A stretch of DNA of 64,000 nucleotides from Thermoplasmatales archaeon (GCA_020341795.1 CP070836.1:1535613-1599612); one strand, 5' to 3'; shown: positions 19,914 to 30,209, counted from the stretch's first letter. Notes: generated from the sequence alone by a model not told the origin. Translations and numbers: made by a program.

Positions 19914-20752
19914 TCTTCATTTAAAATGTCGCCTTTAATACCAACAACTATTGATTTCACTGGTATCTTTCGATTAGCTTTTTCTATTGCTTGTTTAGCA
20001 AGAGATAAAAGACCATTACAACATGGAACTTCCATTGTCATAACTGTTAATGTATTAATTTTTGCATCATCTATCATATTTACCAGTTTATCAAGGTATA
20101 TGTCAATATTTGAATCAAGCTTTGGACATGCAATAGAAATACTTCTTCCTTTAAGGTAGTCTTTATGAAAATCTCCAATTGAGTAACCAACACAATCAGC
20201 GACTAATATTACATCTTTATTTTGAAAGTAAGGTGCATTTGGAGGAACAAGATGCAGCTGAATAGGCCATTGTCTAAGCTGAGATGAACGAGTTCCTGAT
20301 TCTTCTATTTTAGTACTTTCCTTTTCTGAAAAATCCATCACTTTTGAACCAGGGCATCCGCATGGTAATTTTTCTTCAATATCACATGGTTTTTTTTCTA
20401 TGTTTACTTCTATATCTTTTTCCTTAAGAAATTCTAATGCTTCGTTTAAATATCCTGTTTCACCATGGTCTTTTAGATGATTAAGATGAGCAATTATTGT
20501 GTTTTCTCCACATTTTACAATATTTTCCATTGTTTTTTTCTCATCATATGGTTCTGCTTCTCTTTCCACTGTTTTCATCGCATCCTGTGGACATTCACCA
20601 ACACATGCCCCAAGTCCATCACAAAAAATATCACTAATAAGTCTTGCTTTTCCATCGATTACTTGCAATGCTCCTTCTGGACAATTAGGGATGCATGCTC
20701 CACAACCATTGCATTTCTCTTCATCAATTTCAATAATTTTTCTTTTTGTCAT
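19904..20752 (-). CDS. 4Fe-4S dicluster protein (Hcp-associated oxidoreductase)
   Basis: CNGCGACIPNCP, CDGLGACVGECP, CGCPG, QWPIQL, ACPKLD, MEVPCC. Confidence 0.88.
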   Translation of the reverse strand: MTKRKIIEIDEEKCNGCGACIPNCPEGALQVIDGKARLISDIFCDGLGACVGECPQDAMKTVEREAEPYDEKKTMENIVKCGENTIIAHLNHLKDHGETGYLNEALEFLKEKDIEVNIEKKPCDIEEKLPCGCPGSKVMDFSEKESTKIEESGTRSSQLRQWPIQLHLVPPNAPYFQNKDVILVADCVGYSIGDFHKDYLKGRSISIACPKLDSNIDIYLDKLVNMIDDAKINTLTVMTMEVPCCNGLLSLAKQAIEKANRKIPVKSIVVGIKGDILNEEWV

Positions 20753-20761
20753 AATATCAAC

Positions 20762-22384
20762 TTATACAACTATTTCTAATGCTGAAAGATCTTCTTCAAC
20801 TTTTGAATTGGGTCTTATATTGAATTTTTCAACCAAAACATTTAACACATTTGGTGAGATAAATGCTGGAAGAACTGGGCCAAGTATAATGTTTTTTACA
20901 CCAAGTGACAAAAGCGTAAGTAATACCAGGACTGCTTTTTGTTCATACCAAGCAATGTTAAAAGATATTGGGAGTTCATTTAAACTGACTCCAAATACTT
21001 CTGCAAGTTTCTGTGCAATAACAACAAGAGAGTAGGAATCATTACATTGACCTGCATCTATTACCCTTGGGATTCCATCTATATTGCCAAGTTCAAGTTT
21101 GTTATAACGGTATTTAGCACAACCCGCGGTAAGAATTACTGTATCATTTGGAAGAGCCTTTGCAAATTCTGTATAATATTCCCTTTGTTTATGTCTGCCA
21201 TCACATCCAGCCATTACTACAAATCGTTTTATTATACCATCTTTTACAGCGTCTACAATTTTATCTGCAACTCCTAATGCTGAATTATGTGCAAAACCAA
21301 TGATTATTTCACCATTTTCGATTTTTTCTGGAGGTGAACATTTTTTTGCATGTTCAATAATTTCTAAGAAATTTTTTGATTCTCCTTTTTTTCTATTTGG
21401 GATATATTTTATACCTTCAAATCCTACTACACCAGTTGTATAAACCCTGTCCTTATATGAGTCCTTTGGGGGGACTAAACAATTCGTCGTTAGTAAAATA
21501 GGTCCATTGAATTTTTCAAAATCATCTTTTTGCTCCCACCATGAACTACCATAATTTCCGACAAGATTTTTATATTTCTTGAATGCAGGATATGCATTAG
21601 CAGGGAGCATCTCACCATGTGTATAAACATCAATCCCAGTCCCTTGAGTTTGTTCAAGTAACTCTTCTAAATCTTTCAAATCATGCCCGCTAATTAGAAT
21701 TCCGGGATTGTTTCTTACACTTAGGTTTACACTAGTTGGTTCAGGATTGCCATACACAGAAGTGTTTGCTTTATCTAATAAAGCCATAGTTTTAACACCC
21801 ATTTCTCCACATCTCATGTTAAGATTAACTAACTCATCAATAGATAACTCCTGTGTTGTGGCTACTAATGCTTCTTGGATGAAATTAGATATATCTTTAT
21901 CTTTTTCTCCTAGTACATATGCATGATGATAATAAGCAGCCATTCCTTTTACTCCAAAAGTTAGCATTTCCCTAAGGGACCTGATATCTTCATTTTTGGT
22001 AGTTAATATTCCTACTTCTTTTGATTTTTTTATTATATCTTCATCATTTTTTGGTGTCCATATTACAGAATCATGACTGCCTTTGACTGAATTTTGTTTT
22101 CTAAGTTTATCTCTCAGTTTTAATGCATCATGAATTTTTCCCATGAAATATTGTTTATCAAAATTTGCATTTGTTATAGTTGAAAACAAACCATCCATAA
22201 TGAATTCATCAACTTCTTCATCATAGTTACCAGTCTCTCTTGTTTTCGAATTGCAAATAGATATTCCCTTGATTAGATATCTTAACATATCCTGTAAATC
22301 TGCAACTTCACCTTTTTTTCCACAAACACCAATATTTGTACAACCTTCTCCTTTTGCTGTTTCTTCACATTGATAACAAAACAT
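20762..22384 (-). CDS. hcp: Hybrid cluster protein (hydroxylamine/NO reductase)
   Basis: [10 protein letters not shown]...[34 protein letters not shown]. Confidence 0.97.
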   Translation of the reverse strand: MFCYQCEETAKGEGCTNIGVCGKKGEVADLQDMLRYLIKGISICNSKTRETGNYDEEVDEFIMDGLFSTITNANFDKQYFMGKIHDALKLRDKLRKQNSVKGSHDSVIWTPKNDEDIIKKSKEVGILTTKNEDIRSLREMLTFGVKGMAAYYHHAYVLGEKDKDISNFIQEALVATTQELSIDELVNLNMRCGEMGVKTMALLDKANTSVYGNPEPTSVNLSVRNNPGILISGHDLKDLEELLEQTQGTGIDVYTHGEMLPANAYPAFKKYKNLVGNYGSSWWEQKDDFEKFNGPILLTTNCLVPPKDSYKDRVYTTGVVGFEGIKYIPNRKKGESKNFLEIIEHAKKCSPPEKIENGEIIIGFAHNSALGVADKIVDAVKDGIIKRFVVMAGCDGRHKQREYYTEFAKALPNDTVILTAGCAKYRYNKLELGNIDGIPRVIDAGQCNDSYSLVVIAQKLAEVFGVSLNELPISFNIAWYEQKAVLVLLTLLSLGVKNIILGPVLPAFISPNVLNVLVEKFNIRPNSKVEEDLSALEIVV

Positions 22385-22446
22385 TTTTCAAATTTCCCCT
22401 TTATTTATTTTTTGTTAAAAACATATGTATCTATACTGTTAATTTA

Positions 22447-22824
22447 TTAGGATTTCCATAAACCATGAATATTACAATATTCTCGTGCTTCAATTTTATC
22501 AGCATTAATTTCAAAGAAAGCTTGTGGTTTATCACCTGGTTTTAAAAACTGTCTATATGATTTGCCATCTGCAAATATTTGAATCCATTCAATATAGTGT
22601 TTTTCTTCCATTGGATGATCTTGGTTTTGACCAACTTTTACAAGTATTCCATCACTTGTTTTTTCGATATATGGTACATGTTTTTCAACACTAGAATCTT
22701 CTGTTTTTTCATCCATTAGTTTCATTTCTTCTCCACAACATACTAATGCTCCTACTCCTTCATGTAGAACTTCAACTATATTTCCACATATTTCACACTT
22801 ATAAATTCCTTTAAATTTTGCCAT
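22447..22824 (-). CDS. dfx: Desulfoferrodoxin (2Fe superoxide reductase)
   Basis: [31 protein letters not shown]. Confidence 0.95.
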   Translation of the reverse strand: MAKFKGIYKCEICGNIVEVLHEGVGALVCCGEEMKLMDEKTEDSSVEKHVPYIEKTSDGILVKVGQNQDHPMEEKHYIEWIQIFADGKSYRQFLKPGDKPQAFFEINADKIEAREYCNIHGLWKS

Positions 22825-22843
22825 TTTTTATACCTCCAAATTT

Positions 22844-23221
22844 TTATTTTTTCTTCTTCTTTTTATAATCCTCAATTGCAGCATGAAGAGCATCAGCTGC
22901 AAGATTACTACAATGCATTTTTTGAGGCGGGAGTCCATCAAGTTCATTTGCCACATCATTTCGTGTGATTTTTAATGCTTCATCTATATTTTTCCCAATA
23001 GCAAGTTCAGTAACCATTGAACTTGTCGCAATTGCAGATCCACATCCAAATGTTTTAAACTTGATATCTTTAATAATATCATCTTCTACTTTGATATACA
23101 TCTCCATAAGATCTCCACATACTGGATTTCCTACTTTTCCATAACCATCTGGATTTTCTATTACTCCTACATTTCTTGGTTTTGTAAAATGATCCATTAC
23201 TTTCTTACTATATACCGGCAT
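22844..23221 (-). CDS. iscU: Fe-S cluster scaffold IscU/NifU
   Basis: GNPVCGD, FGCGSAIA, LPPQKMHCS. Confidence 0.95.
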   Translation of the reverse strand: MPVYSKKVMDHFTKPRNVGVIENPDGYGKVGNPVCGDLMEMYIKVEDDIIKDIKFKTFGCGSAIATSSMVTELAIGKNIDEALKITRNDVANELDGLPPQKMHCSNLAADALHAAIEDYKKKKKK

Positions 23222-23231
23222 TTTTTCACCT

Positions 23232-24395
23232 CTATTTAATCAATGGAGAAAGCTGTCTTAATCTTTTAACAGTCTCCTTAGTTGCTTTAACTATTTTTGG
23301 TACTTGACTTAATTTATTCGTATGTCCTAAGGTCATTACCATCGAGCCATGTGCTTCCTCATGTTTTAATCCAATTGCTAGCAAAACATGTGATGGCTCA
23401 AGTGTTTTTGATGAACATGCAGAACCAGTAGCTATCTGAATTCCATACATATCCATATTTAAAAGAATGCTTTCACCTTCAATATGACTGAACCGAAAAC
23501 TTGCATGATGAGGAAGACGGTTAGTTGGATGCCCTGTTAAATAAGCTTCATCTATTTTATAAATTTCAGAAATTAGGGAGTCTCTTATCCTTTGAAGCCT
23601 TTTACTTTCATTTTTCATTTCTTTTTTAGCAATTTTCGCAGCTTCTCCCATACCCACAATTGAAAATACGTTTTCAGTACCAGACCGTAATCCTCTTTCT
23701 TGACCACCACCTGGATTTACAGATTGAATTTTTACTCCAGGTTTTATATAAAGGGCACCTGCTCCTTTTGGCCCATATAAATCATTTGAGGAAATTGTTA
23801 GCAAATCTATTTCTTCTGCTTGAACGTCAATTGGTATTTTTCCTGCTGATGCAGTTGCATCCACATGTAAATATTTACCCTTTTTATGGATGATTTCACT
23901 AATTTGTTTTATTGGCTCAATTGTTCCAATTTCATTATTTGCATACATTACTGATGTTAGAATCGTATCATTTGAAATTTTTTTATTCAGTATATCAATA
24001 TTAACTACTCCATATTTATCAACAGGTATTGTTTCAAATATCCATCCATTTTTTTGAAGATGTTTCATTGGATTAATTACAGATATATGTTCAATTGCAC
24101 TTGATAGTAATTTTTTTCCATCTTTTATATTTCTTTGTGCCACCCCACGTATAGCTATATTATTTGACTCAGTTGCACTTCCTGTAAATATAATTGTTTT
24201 TTCAGATTCTGCATTAATAAATTCAGCTATTTTTTTTCTTGCTGTTTCAATTGCGTTTTTTGCATCTTGACCAAATTCATAAAGGGATGATGGATTGCCC
24301 ACATCAGCTAAATAAGGTTTTGAATATTCTAACACCCTTGAATCAATCGGGGATGATGATGCATGATCAAGATATATTCTTTCCATTAAAACCAC
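23232..24395 (-). CDS. iscS: Cysteine desulfurase (IscS/NifS-like)
   Basis: YLDH, ANNEIG, GGGQE..LRSGTEN, TGSACSS, PSHVL; PLP-lysine motif reads SSNDLYGPKG. Confidence 0.88.
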   Translation of the reverse strand: MVLMERIYLDHASSSPIDSRVLEYSKPYLADVGNPSSLYEFGQDAKNAIETARKKIAEFINAESEKTIIFTGSATESNNIAIRGVAQRNIKDGKKLLSSAIEHISVINPMKHLQKNGWIFETIPVDKYGVVNIDILNKKISNDTILTSVMYANNEIGTIEPIKQISEIIHKKGKYLHVDATASAGKIPIDVQAEEIDLLTISSNDLYGPKGAGALYIKPGVKIQSVNPGGGQERGLRSGTENVFSIVGMGEAAKIAKKEMKNESKRLQRIRDSLISEIYKIDEAYLTGHPTNRLPHHASFRFSHIEGESILLNMDMYGIQIATGSACSSKTLEPSHVLLAIGLKHEEAHGSMVMTLGHTNKLSQVPKIVKATKETVKRLRQLSPLIK

Positions 24396-24742
24396 ATTGT
24401 AGTATTAGATTCCAAAGCTAAATCATTCAGTGTTGCAGCTCCTACAATTTTCACACCAGGAATTAATTCTACTTTTTCCCATCCTAGCATTTGTTTTGAT
24501 GCTTCACACACATAGACATCTATTCCCATATCTATGGTTTTTTGTAACATTTCTGCTACACTTGGAAAACTTCCAAGTTGTATTTTTTCAGCTTCCCCTG
24601 GTTTTAATATTTTTAATGCTGTCCCTAAATAATATACAATAGGTTTTACGTCCATCATCTTAGCAGTTTGTGCTAATACCAATGGGGAATATTGTTTCTC
24701 AGGAGCATCTGTTGTTAGAACATATAATATAGTTTTAGTCAT
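24386..24742 (-). CDS. DsrE/DsrF-like sulfur-transfer family protein
   Basis: VYVCEAS, LIPGVKIVGAA DsrE-type pattern; between tusA and iscS. Confidence 0.75.
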   Translation of the reverse strand: MTKTILYVLTTDAPEKQYSPLVLAQTAKMMDVKPIVYYLGTALKILKPGEAEKIQLGSFPSVAEMLQKTIDMGIDVYVCEASKQMLGWEKVELIPGVKIVGAATLNDLALESNTTMWF

Positions 24743-24756
24743 TTTTCCCTCTTCTT

Positions 24757-24999
24757 TTAATTCTTTTTCTTAATATAGAAGGTTAAAATTGTACCTTCTT
24801 TTTCAAATCCTAAAATCTCATGACCTGTATGTTTTGCCCATCGTTTGATGTCCTCTTCAGCAGCAGGGTCATCTGCTTCAACTTTTAGTATTTGACCAAT
24901 TTCTAATTTATCAATTTCTTCTTTCGTCATAGCAATAGGCATAGGACAGAAGTACCCAACACAGTCTAATTCTTTGTCAAATTGTTTTTCCTTGTTCAG
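24757..24999 (-). CDS. tusA: TusA/SirA sulfur carrier; probable CTG start
   Basis: Frame extends to LDCVGYFCPMP (CPxP); ADDPAAEEDI; CTG at 24999 overlaps the upstream TGA and follows GGGGG. Confidence 0.88.
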   Translation of the reverse strand: MNKEKQFDKELDCVGYFCPMPIAMTKEEIDKLEIGQILKVEADDPAAEEDIKRWAKHTGHEILGFEKEGTILTFYIKKKN

Positions 25000-25514
25000 A
25001 AGTTCTGTCCCCCAAGATAGTCAAACTCAAACCAGTAACCTGTTGAATTTATATGATTGAATTCATTTTCAAGAAGTAAATAATGGTTTTTTTCTTGATC
25101 AACAATTTCATCAATAACATTTTTTACATCTTTGTCTTCAATTTTTTCTTTAATTTTATCATAATATTCAATTGCTTCTTTTTCACTATCCATAGCCATT
25201 CTAAGTGCATCGAGCTCTGTGCTATCTGCATCAATACCTGGTGCGTCTTTTAGATCTGTTGGAAATATTGGAATTTTTGCATATTTCTTACTTGATTCAA
25301 CTAGATTCTTCCATTCTGTTTGACTTACTTTGTTTTCAAACATTTTTTGAAAAACATCAAGATGTCGTTGTTCATCACTTGCTAAACTTTGAAATATTGA
25401 GCGCCCCATATCGCTATTTGTTTGAGCTGCTGCTTTCATATAAAAAGAGTATCCATCTTTCTCCATTTGTATTGCAGTTAAAATAGCAGCTTTTACATTT
25501 TCAATATCGGTCAT
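24996..25514 (-). CDS. Ferritin-like / rubrerythrin-family diiron protein
   Basis: AIQMEKDG..FY, DEQRH, SEKEA..YY, QEKNH. Confidence 0.85.
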   Translation of the reverse strand: MTDIENVKAAILTAIQMEKDGYSFYMKAAAQTNSDMGRSIFQSLASDEQRHLDVFQKMFENKVSQTEWKNLVESSKKYAKIPIFPTDLKDAPGIDADSTELDALRMAMDSEKEAIEYYDKIKEKIEDKDVKNVIDEIVDQEKNHYLLLENEFNHINSTGYWFEFDYLGGQNF

Positions 25515-25533
25515 ATTAATTTCCTCTATATTA

Positions 25534-26136
25534 TTAGTATGGTTCAGTCCAAACTTCGTAATAGCTTTGTTTATGCTGACATGCTGGACATACATCAGGT
25601 GCTTCTAATCCCTGATGAACATATCCACAGTTTCGACATTTCCATTTTGTTTGTTTATCTTTTTTAAAGACTTTTCCATCTTTGACATTTTCAAGCAGTT
25701 TGCGATATCTTTTTTCATGATATGCTTCTACCTCTGCTATTTTTTTGAAACTATGCGAAACCATTGGAAATTTTTCTTTTTCTGCTGTTTCTGCAAAATC
25801 AGGGTAAAGTGCTCCCCATTCCATTTTTTCACCTTCTGCGGCAGCAAGTAGATTTTGTTCAGTTGTACCTATTACACCCCCAGGATATGCAGCTTGTATT
25901 TCTACTTCTTCACCCTGTAGATGTTTAAAAAAAACTTCTGCATGTTCTTTTTCATTATCAGCGGTTTCTTGAAAAATCGCTGCTATTTGTTCATATTCTT
26001 CTTTTTTTGCTTTTGATGCATAAAAAGAGTATCTGTTTCTTGCTTGTGATTCTCCCGCAAATGCTGCTAGAAGATTTTTTTCAGTTTGTGTTCCATTTAA
26101 ATTTTTCATTTTATTCATCTCCATTTCTAATTCCAT
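25534..26136 (-). CDS. rbr: Rubrerythrin
   Basis: AFAGESQARNRY, NEKEHA, E..HE..Y, WKCRNCG..CPAC. Confidence 0.95.
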   Translation of the reverse strand: MELEMEMNKMKNLNGTQTEKNLLAAFAGESQARNRYSFYASKAKKEEYEQIAAIFQETADNEKEHAEVFFKHLQGEEVEIQAAYPGGVIGTTEQNLLAAAEGEKMEWGALYPDFAETAEKEKFPMVSHSFKKIAEVEAYHEKRYRKLLENVKDGKVFKKDKQTKWKCRNCGYVHQGLEAPDVCPACQHKQSYYEVWTEPY

Positions 26137-26155
26137 TAACTAATCCTCCCAATTT

Positions 26156-26647
26156 TTAAGGTCCTGCATGAACCATAGGCCAGTAAACATCATCTTCTTC
26201 ATATCTTTCCATACTATTTTTTTCCATTTCAAGTATTTTATAATGTCCAATCTCCATATCAGCAAAGTAAAAAAGTGTATTATGAATCTTTGAGCCTTCT
26301 TCGAATCTTTCTGCAAGGTTTTTATAAAACTCATTTGTATTTTGTTCTGCGATCATTGCTTCTTTTAAAAGTAAACTTAAAGAGCTGTCATCAGTTATAT
26401 TAATTTCAGGTAAAGGAACAGGTGATTTATCAGGAATTACTAGTTTTTTATCTGGATAGTGATTTACGTACATTTCTTCAATAAAATTTCTATGTTTTTC
26501 TTCTTCTTTTGCAAGAAATTCAAGTTTATCTTTTAAAAGTCCGTTTTTTGTTTTTTTACTCATTTTGGTATATAGCTTATTACTTTCTATTTCACTTTTT
26601 ATAGCTGCTAGTAATAAATCTTCAAGGTCATAGTGTCCTAAATTCAA
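26156..26647 (-). CDS. Ferritin-like / rubrerythrin-family protein
   Basis: AIKSE..S..Y, EEEKH, AE..T..FY, EIGH; TTG start after AGAGGAGG. Confidence 0.85.
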   Translation of the reverse strand: MNLGHYDLEDLLLAAIKSEIESNKLYTKMSKKTKNGLLKDKLEFLAKEEEKHRNFIEEMYVNHYPDKKLVIPDKSPVPLPEINITDDSSLSLLLKEAMIAEQNTNEFYKNLAERFEEGSKIHNTLFYFADMEIGHYKILEMEKNSMERYEEDDVYWPMVHAGP

Positions 26648-26687
26648 GATTATTCCTCCTCTAATTTATCCTCAATATTTTTCATTT

Positions 26688-27224
26688 CTAACTTGTATCC
26701 TTTTTGTGAAGATCTAGATGGTCAGTTTCAATTTCAACAAGGGCTCCAAAAAATTCTTTAAGTCTTGGTTCTATTGCTTCATCTCTAAATTTTGAATAAG
26801 CCTTTATCGCTCGATCCTCTCTTTCATATCCTTCTTTGCTATTTGCTTTTGAATTTTCGCTACATATTTGTTTTTCTAGTTCTGGTAGTGATATTTTAAG
26901 AAATTTTGATATTGCTGAAGCATGTTCTCGTTCTACCTTCATAAGTGCTTTGAATTTTGCCAGTCCATAATGATCATCTGCTTTATCAGCCATATTTTTT
27001 GCACAATCATAAAACGCTGCATTATCAAGCTCAAGTTGAAGTGCTGCTTCAAGGTTTTTTTGAGTGATTTTACTTAAATCCACGTTAAATTCATCAGGAT
27101 TCCAATCTTTTGCTTCAACAAAAAATCGTGTTGGTGCTCCACAGAACGGACATTGTGTTGGTGCTTCATCTCCTAAATATGGATCTCCACATATTCTACA
27201 TCTGAATACTTTTATTTTTGACAT
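26688..27224 (-). CDS. Rubredoxin-like + ferritin-like (reverse-rubrerythrin-type) protein
   Basis: FRCRICG..CPFCG followed by ELDN..FY, EREH, E..A..Y, ETDH; start at MSKIKV after AAGGAG. Confidence 0.85.
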   Translation of the reverse strand: MSKIKVFRCRICGDPYLGDEAPTQCPFCGAPTRFFVEAKDWNPDEFNVDLSKITQKNLEAALQLELDNAAFYDCAKNMADKADDHYGLAKFKALMKVEREHASAISKFLKISLPELEKQICSENSKANSKEGYEREDRAIKAYSKFRDEAIEPRLKEFFGALVEIETDHLDLHKKDTS

Positions 27225-27259
27225 ATATTCCTGCTCCTTTTTCACATTTACATAATATT

Positions 27260-27415
27260 TTACTTTATTCTTTTCATTGGTATGCCACAGCAATATGGTG
27301 TTGATTCTGGTTCTTTATCAAACTCAATTATACCACAGCTACACTCTTCATCTTCACATTGACATTCATATTGTACAGGTTTATCACTTACTTTACAACC
27401 ACAACTTTCACACAT
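27260..27415 (-). CDS. Unannotated 51-aa Cys-rich microprotein (9 Cys)
   Basis: MCESCGCKVSDKPVQYECQCEDEECSCGIIEFDKEPESTPYCCGIPMKRIK; GGAGG SD, fills the operon gap; below the ORF-track cutoff. Confidence 0.8.
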   Translation of the reverse strand: MCESCGCKVSDKPVQYECQCEDEECSCGIIEFDKEPESTPYCCGIPMKRIK

Positions 27416-27422
27416 TTTTTTT

Positions 27423-28619
27423 CTACCTCCCTAATTTTTTTAAATAATTACCTATTTTTTTTCCAATATCTTTTACCTTTATTAATTCTTCCTCATCTGG
27501 AATATAATTCAGATTTATGCTATCAAAGGGCATATCCCAAGACAAGTCCTTTATTATTTTTTCAATTTCTCCTACAGCTTGACCTCCCCAACCATATGAA
27601 CCAAATACAAATCCTATTCGATTACGTGGTTGAAGACCTTTTAAATAAGTTAAAAATCCGCCCATTGAAGGCATCATTCCATTGTTTAGTGTTGGTGAAC
27701 CTAGAAGTATTAGTTTAGAATCTTGAACTTCTGTAATAATATCTGATATATTTGAACTACTTAGATTTCTCATTGTAACTTTTATACCTGTTTCTGTTAG
27801 ACCTTCTTGAAGAGAGCATGCAATTTTTTCAGTTGAACCCCACATTGAGTCATATATTATCAATGCTTTTTTTTCTGCTGTATAGGTTGCCCATTTTTTG
27901 TATTCTTTTAGGATTTTTGGAATATGTGACCGCCAGATAACACCATGGCTTGGTGCTATCATATCTATATCGAGTTTTAATACTACTTTTAATGCATTTA
28001 CTACCTGATCTCCATATGGCATTACAATATTTCCATAATATTTCGCCGCCTCCTCACGAAGTATACCCCAGTCGATTTCATCATCAAATCTTTCATCACT
28101 TGCAATATGTTGACCAAAGGCATCATTTGGAATAAGAAGTTTATCATTTGGAATATATGTAACCATTGAATCAGGCCAATGAACCATTGGTATATGTACA
28201 AAATGAAGTGTTCGTTTTCCAATATTAAGAGTTTCACCAGATTTTACTACTTGAAAATCTATGTCTTTTTTATAATGACGAAGTAGTCCTTTTTCACCAC
28301 GCGTTGAAGTTATAATTTTTACATTTGGTGCATATTTCAAAATTTTAGGAATTGAACCTGAGTGATCCATTTCGACATGATTGGAGACTATATACTCTAT
28401 TTTTTTAGGATTAACAATTGCTTTTATTCTAGAAAGCATTTCATCAAATAGATAGTGTTTTACTGTATCAATTAATGTTATCTTTTTATCTATTATTAAA
28501 TAGGCGTTATATGTAGTCCCTCGGTTAGTGCTATAACCATGAAAATTTCTTAATTTCCAATCAATACCACCGACCCAGTAGATATCCGGTTTGATCTTGA
28601 TCTTATTCAGCTTAATCAC
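27423..28619 (-). CDS. fprA: Flavodiiron protein (FprA; O2/NO reductase)
   Basis: [32 protein letters not shown], flavodoxin SMWGST and FGSYGW; true start may be CTG 28610. Confidence 0.95.
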   Translation of the reverse strand: MIKLNKIKIKPDIYWVGGIDWKLRNFHGYSTNRGTTYNAYLIIDKKITLIDTVKHYLFDEMLSRIKAIVNPKKIEYIVSNHVEMDHSGSIPKILKYAPNVKIITSTRGEKGLLRHYKKDIDFQVVKSGETLNIGKRTLHFVHIPMVHWPDSMVTYIPNDKLLIPNDAFGQHIASDERFDDEIDWGILREEAAKYYGNIVMPYGDQVVNALKVVLKLDIDMIAPSHGVIWRSHIPKILKEYKKWATYTAEKKALIIYDSMWGSTEKIACSLQEGLTETGIKVTMRNLSSSNISDIITEVQDSKLILLGSPTLNNGMMPSMGGFLTYLKGLQPRNRIGFVFGSYGWGGQAVGEIEKIIKDLSWDMPFDSINLNYIPDEEELIKVKDIGKKIGNYLKKLGR

Positions 28620-29314
28620 TCCTTACTAAAACTTCCTTTTCCAGCTCCACAAACAGGGCAAACCCAATCATCAGGTACATCATCAAAACTAGTGCCTGCG
28701 GGTACACCATTGTCAGGATCGCCTTTCTCTGGATTATATATATATCCACATACATCACAAATATATTTGTCCATTTTTTTTTCCTCCTTTTCTTTTTTTG
28801 GTTTATCAACCTCCTTATAATATGTTGGTGCAGTCTTTGGTGAAAAACCACCTTTCACTTTATGGTAATATTCGTAAGTCATAGATTCTTTTTCATCAAA
28901 TAACATCGCGTCAACAACATTACCAATAAATACAGTATGAGTTCCTACATCAATCTGATTAATTACTTCTGCCTCAATACATCCATTTGCATAATCCTTA
29001 ATAATTGGAGCATTTATCTTTCCAATTTCATAATTAGTATCCTTAAATTTGTCGATATCCCTTCCCGATTTAAAGCCAAATTTTCCTATAAAAGTAAGAG
29101 GTGCTTCAATTGTAAGTATAGTCAGAGAAAATACTTTGCTTTTATTTATATATTTATGTGTTAGATTTTTTTTATTTACACTAATTGCAATAGTTGCAGG
29201 TTCTGAGGTTACCTGAAATACTGCATTTGCTATCTGTCCATTATATTTATCCTTATAATTTGAAGATATTATGTAAAGACCATATGATATATTATGAAGT
29301 GTATTTTTATCCAT
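28616..29314 (-). CDS. Flavin reductase-rubredoxin fusion (high-molecular-weight rubredoxin)
   Basis: [20 protein letters not shown]; C-terminal [10 protein letters not shown]...WVCPVCG. Confidence 0.92.
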   Translation of the reverse strand: MDKNTLHNISYGLYIISSNYKDKYNGQIANAVFQVTSEPATIAISVNKKNLTHKYINKSKVFSLTILTIEAPLTFIGKFGFKSGRDIDKFKDTNYEIGKINAPIIKDYANGCIEAEVINQIDVGTHTVFIGNVVDAMLFDEKESMTYEYYHKVKGGFSPKTAPTYYKEVDKPKKEKEEKKMDKYICDVCGYIYNPEKGDPDNGVPAGTSFDDVPDDWVCPVCGAGKGSFSKE

Positions 29315-29317
29315 ATA

Positions 29318-29737
29318 TTAACTTCCTTTTTTTATGCATTTTTTACATATACCTTTTATATAACCATGAACTTCTTCTACTTCATGACCATATTCACTCA
29401 TTTTGTTGATATTTGGGCAACAAAATTCAATGTCAATTATTTTTCCGCATTTTTTACAGTAAAAATGATGGTGCATTTCATGAGTAATATCATAATGTAG
29501 TTCAGAACCAGATATTGTTATTGCTTGTATTATTCCATGGGATTCCAGTGCATCTAAAGCATTATAAACTGTTGTTTTTGAGAGTGATGGATTATTTGTT
29601 TTAAGATCAGTATAAATCTGATCTGCGGTAGGATGGGTACAATGCTTATCTAAATATCGAAGGACATTTATTCTATGGGATGTAATTTTCATATTATTAT
29701 CTTTCAATATTTTTACATATTTCTCCAAATAATCCAA
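29318..29737 (-). CDS. perR: Fur family regulator, PerR-like
   Basis: HPTADQIY, SKTTVYNAL, HHHFYCKKCG, GICKKC; heads the stress gene run. Confidence 0.85.
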   Translation of the reverse strand: MDYLEKYVKILKDNNMKITSHRINVLRYLDKHCTHPTADQIYTDLKTNNPSLSKTTVYNALDALESHGIIQAITISGSELHYDITHEMHHHFYCKKCGKIIDIEFCCPNINKMSEYGHEVEEVHGYIKGICKKCIKKGS

Positions 29738-29761
29738 CCTCTTTATGTTATGTTTACAAAA

Positions 29762-29776
29762 TTGTAATCATTATAA
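29762..29776. promoter_or_regulatory. Per-box-like operator TTGTAATCATTATAA
   Basis: One mismatch to the Bacillus Per box TTATAATnATTATAA; about 25 nt downstream of the minus-strand BRE/TATA (29801-29813). Confidence 0.7.
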
Positions 29777-29829
29777 TTTAACACGTAATACAAAGTTAGA
29801 TATATAAAGTTTTCTATTTAAGATAAGTT

Positions 29830-30039
29830 TTAACAAGAGCTGTGTTCTACTGCTTCATTGGGACATGCATTAACACACGCACAACATTCAATGCACTCGC
29901 CGATATTTTTACAAATTGCTTTTCCATCTACTACTTCAAAAATTTCAACAGGGCATGCAATTACACACTCACCAACACCAGTACACTTTTCAAGATCGAT
30001 AATAATCTTAATATCTCCTTCTTCATACTCTTTTTTCAT
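29830..30039 (-). CDS. Ferredoxin (3Fe-4S/4Fe-4S type)
   Basis: CTGVGECVIACP and CIECCACVNACP; start moved to MKKEY after GGGGG. Confidence 0.88.
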   Translation of the reverse strand: MKKEYEEGDIKIIIDLEKCTGVGECVIACPVEIFEVVDGKAICKNIGECIECCACVNACPNEAVEHSSC

Positions 30040-30209
30040 CTCTAATAAACCCCCCATAAAGTAGCATATCATAAATAAAAATGACTATTTTATTTTTTCT
30101 AATTTTTATAAAGAAAATATCAAAATTAAAAATAATCACAATTACAATATTATAGAAATGATTTAGTAAGAATATAAGATATCATTTTTAAACATGGGGA
30201 GGAGTTAAT

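Noticed and set aside
26688-27293. ORF-track N-terminal extensions (also 4897, 9062, 25595, 30072, 33450)
   Set aside because: They overlap neighbouring genes; downstream SD-associated starts match the family N-termini better
15118-30039. Selenocysteine/pyrrolysine readthrough in the redox genes
   Set aside because: All active-site motifs are complete with Cys; TGA/TAG codons fall at the expected C-termini, often overlapping the next start
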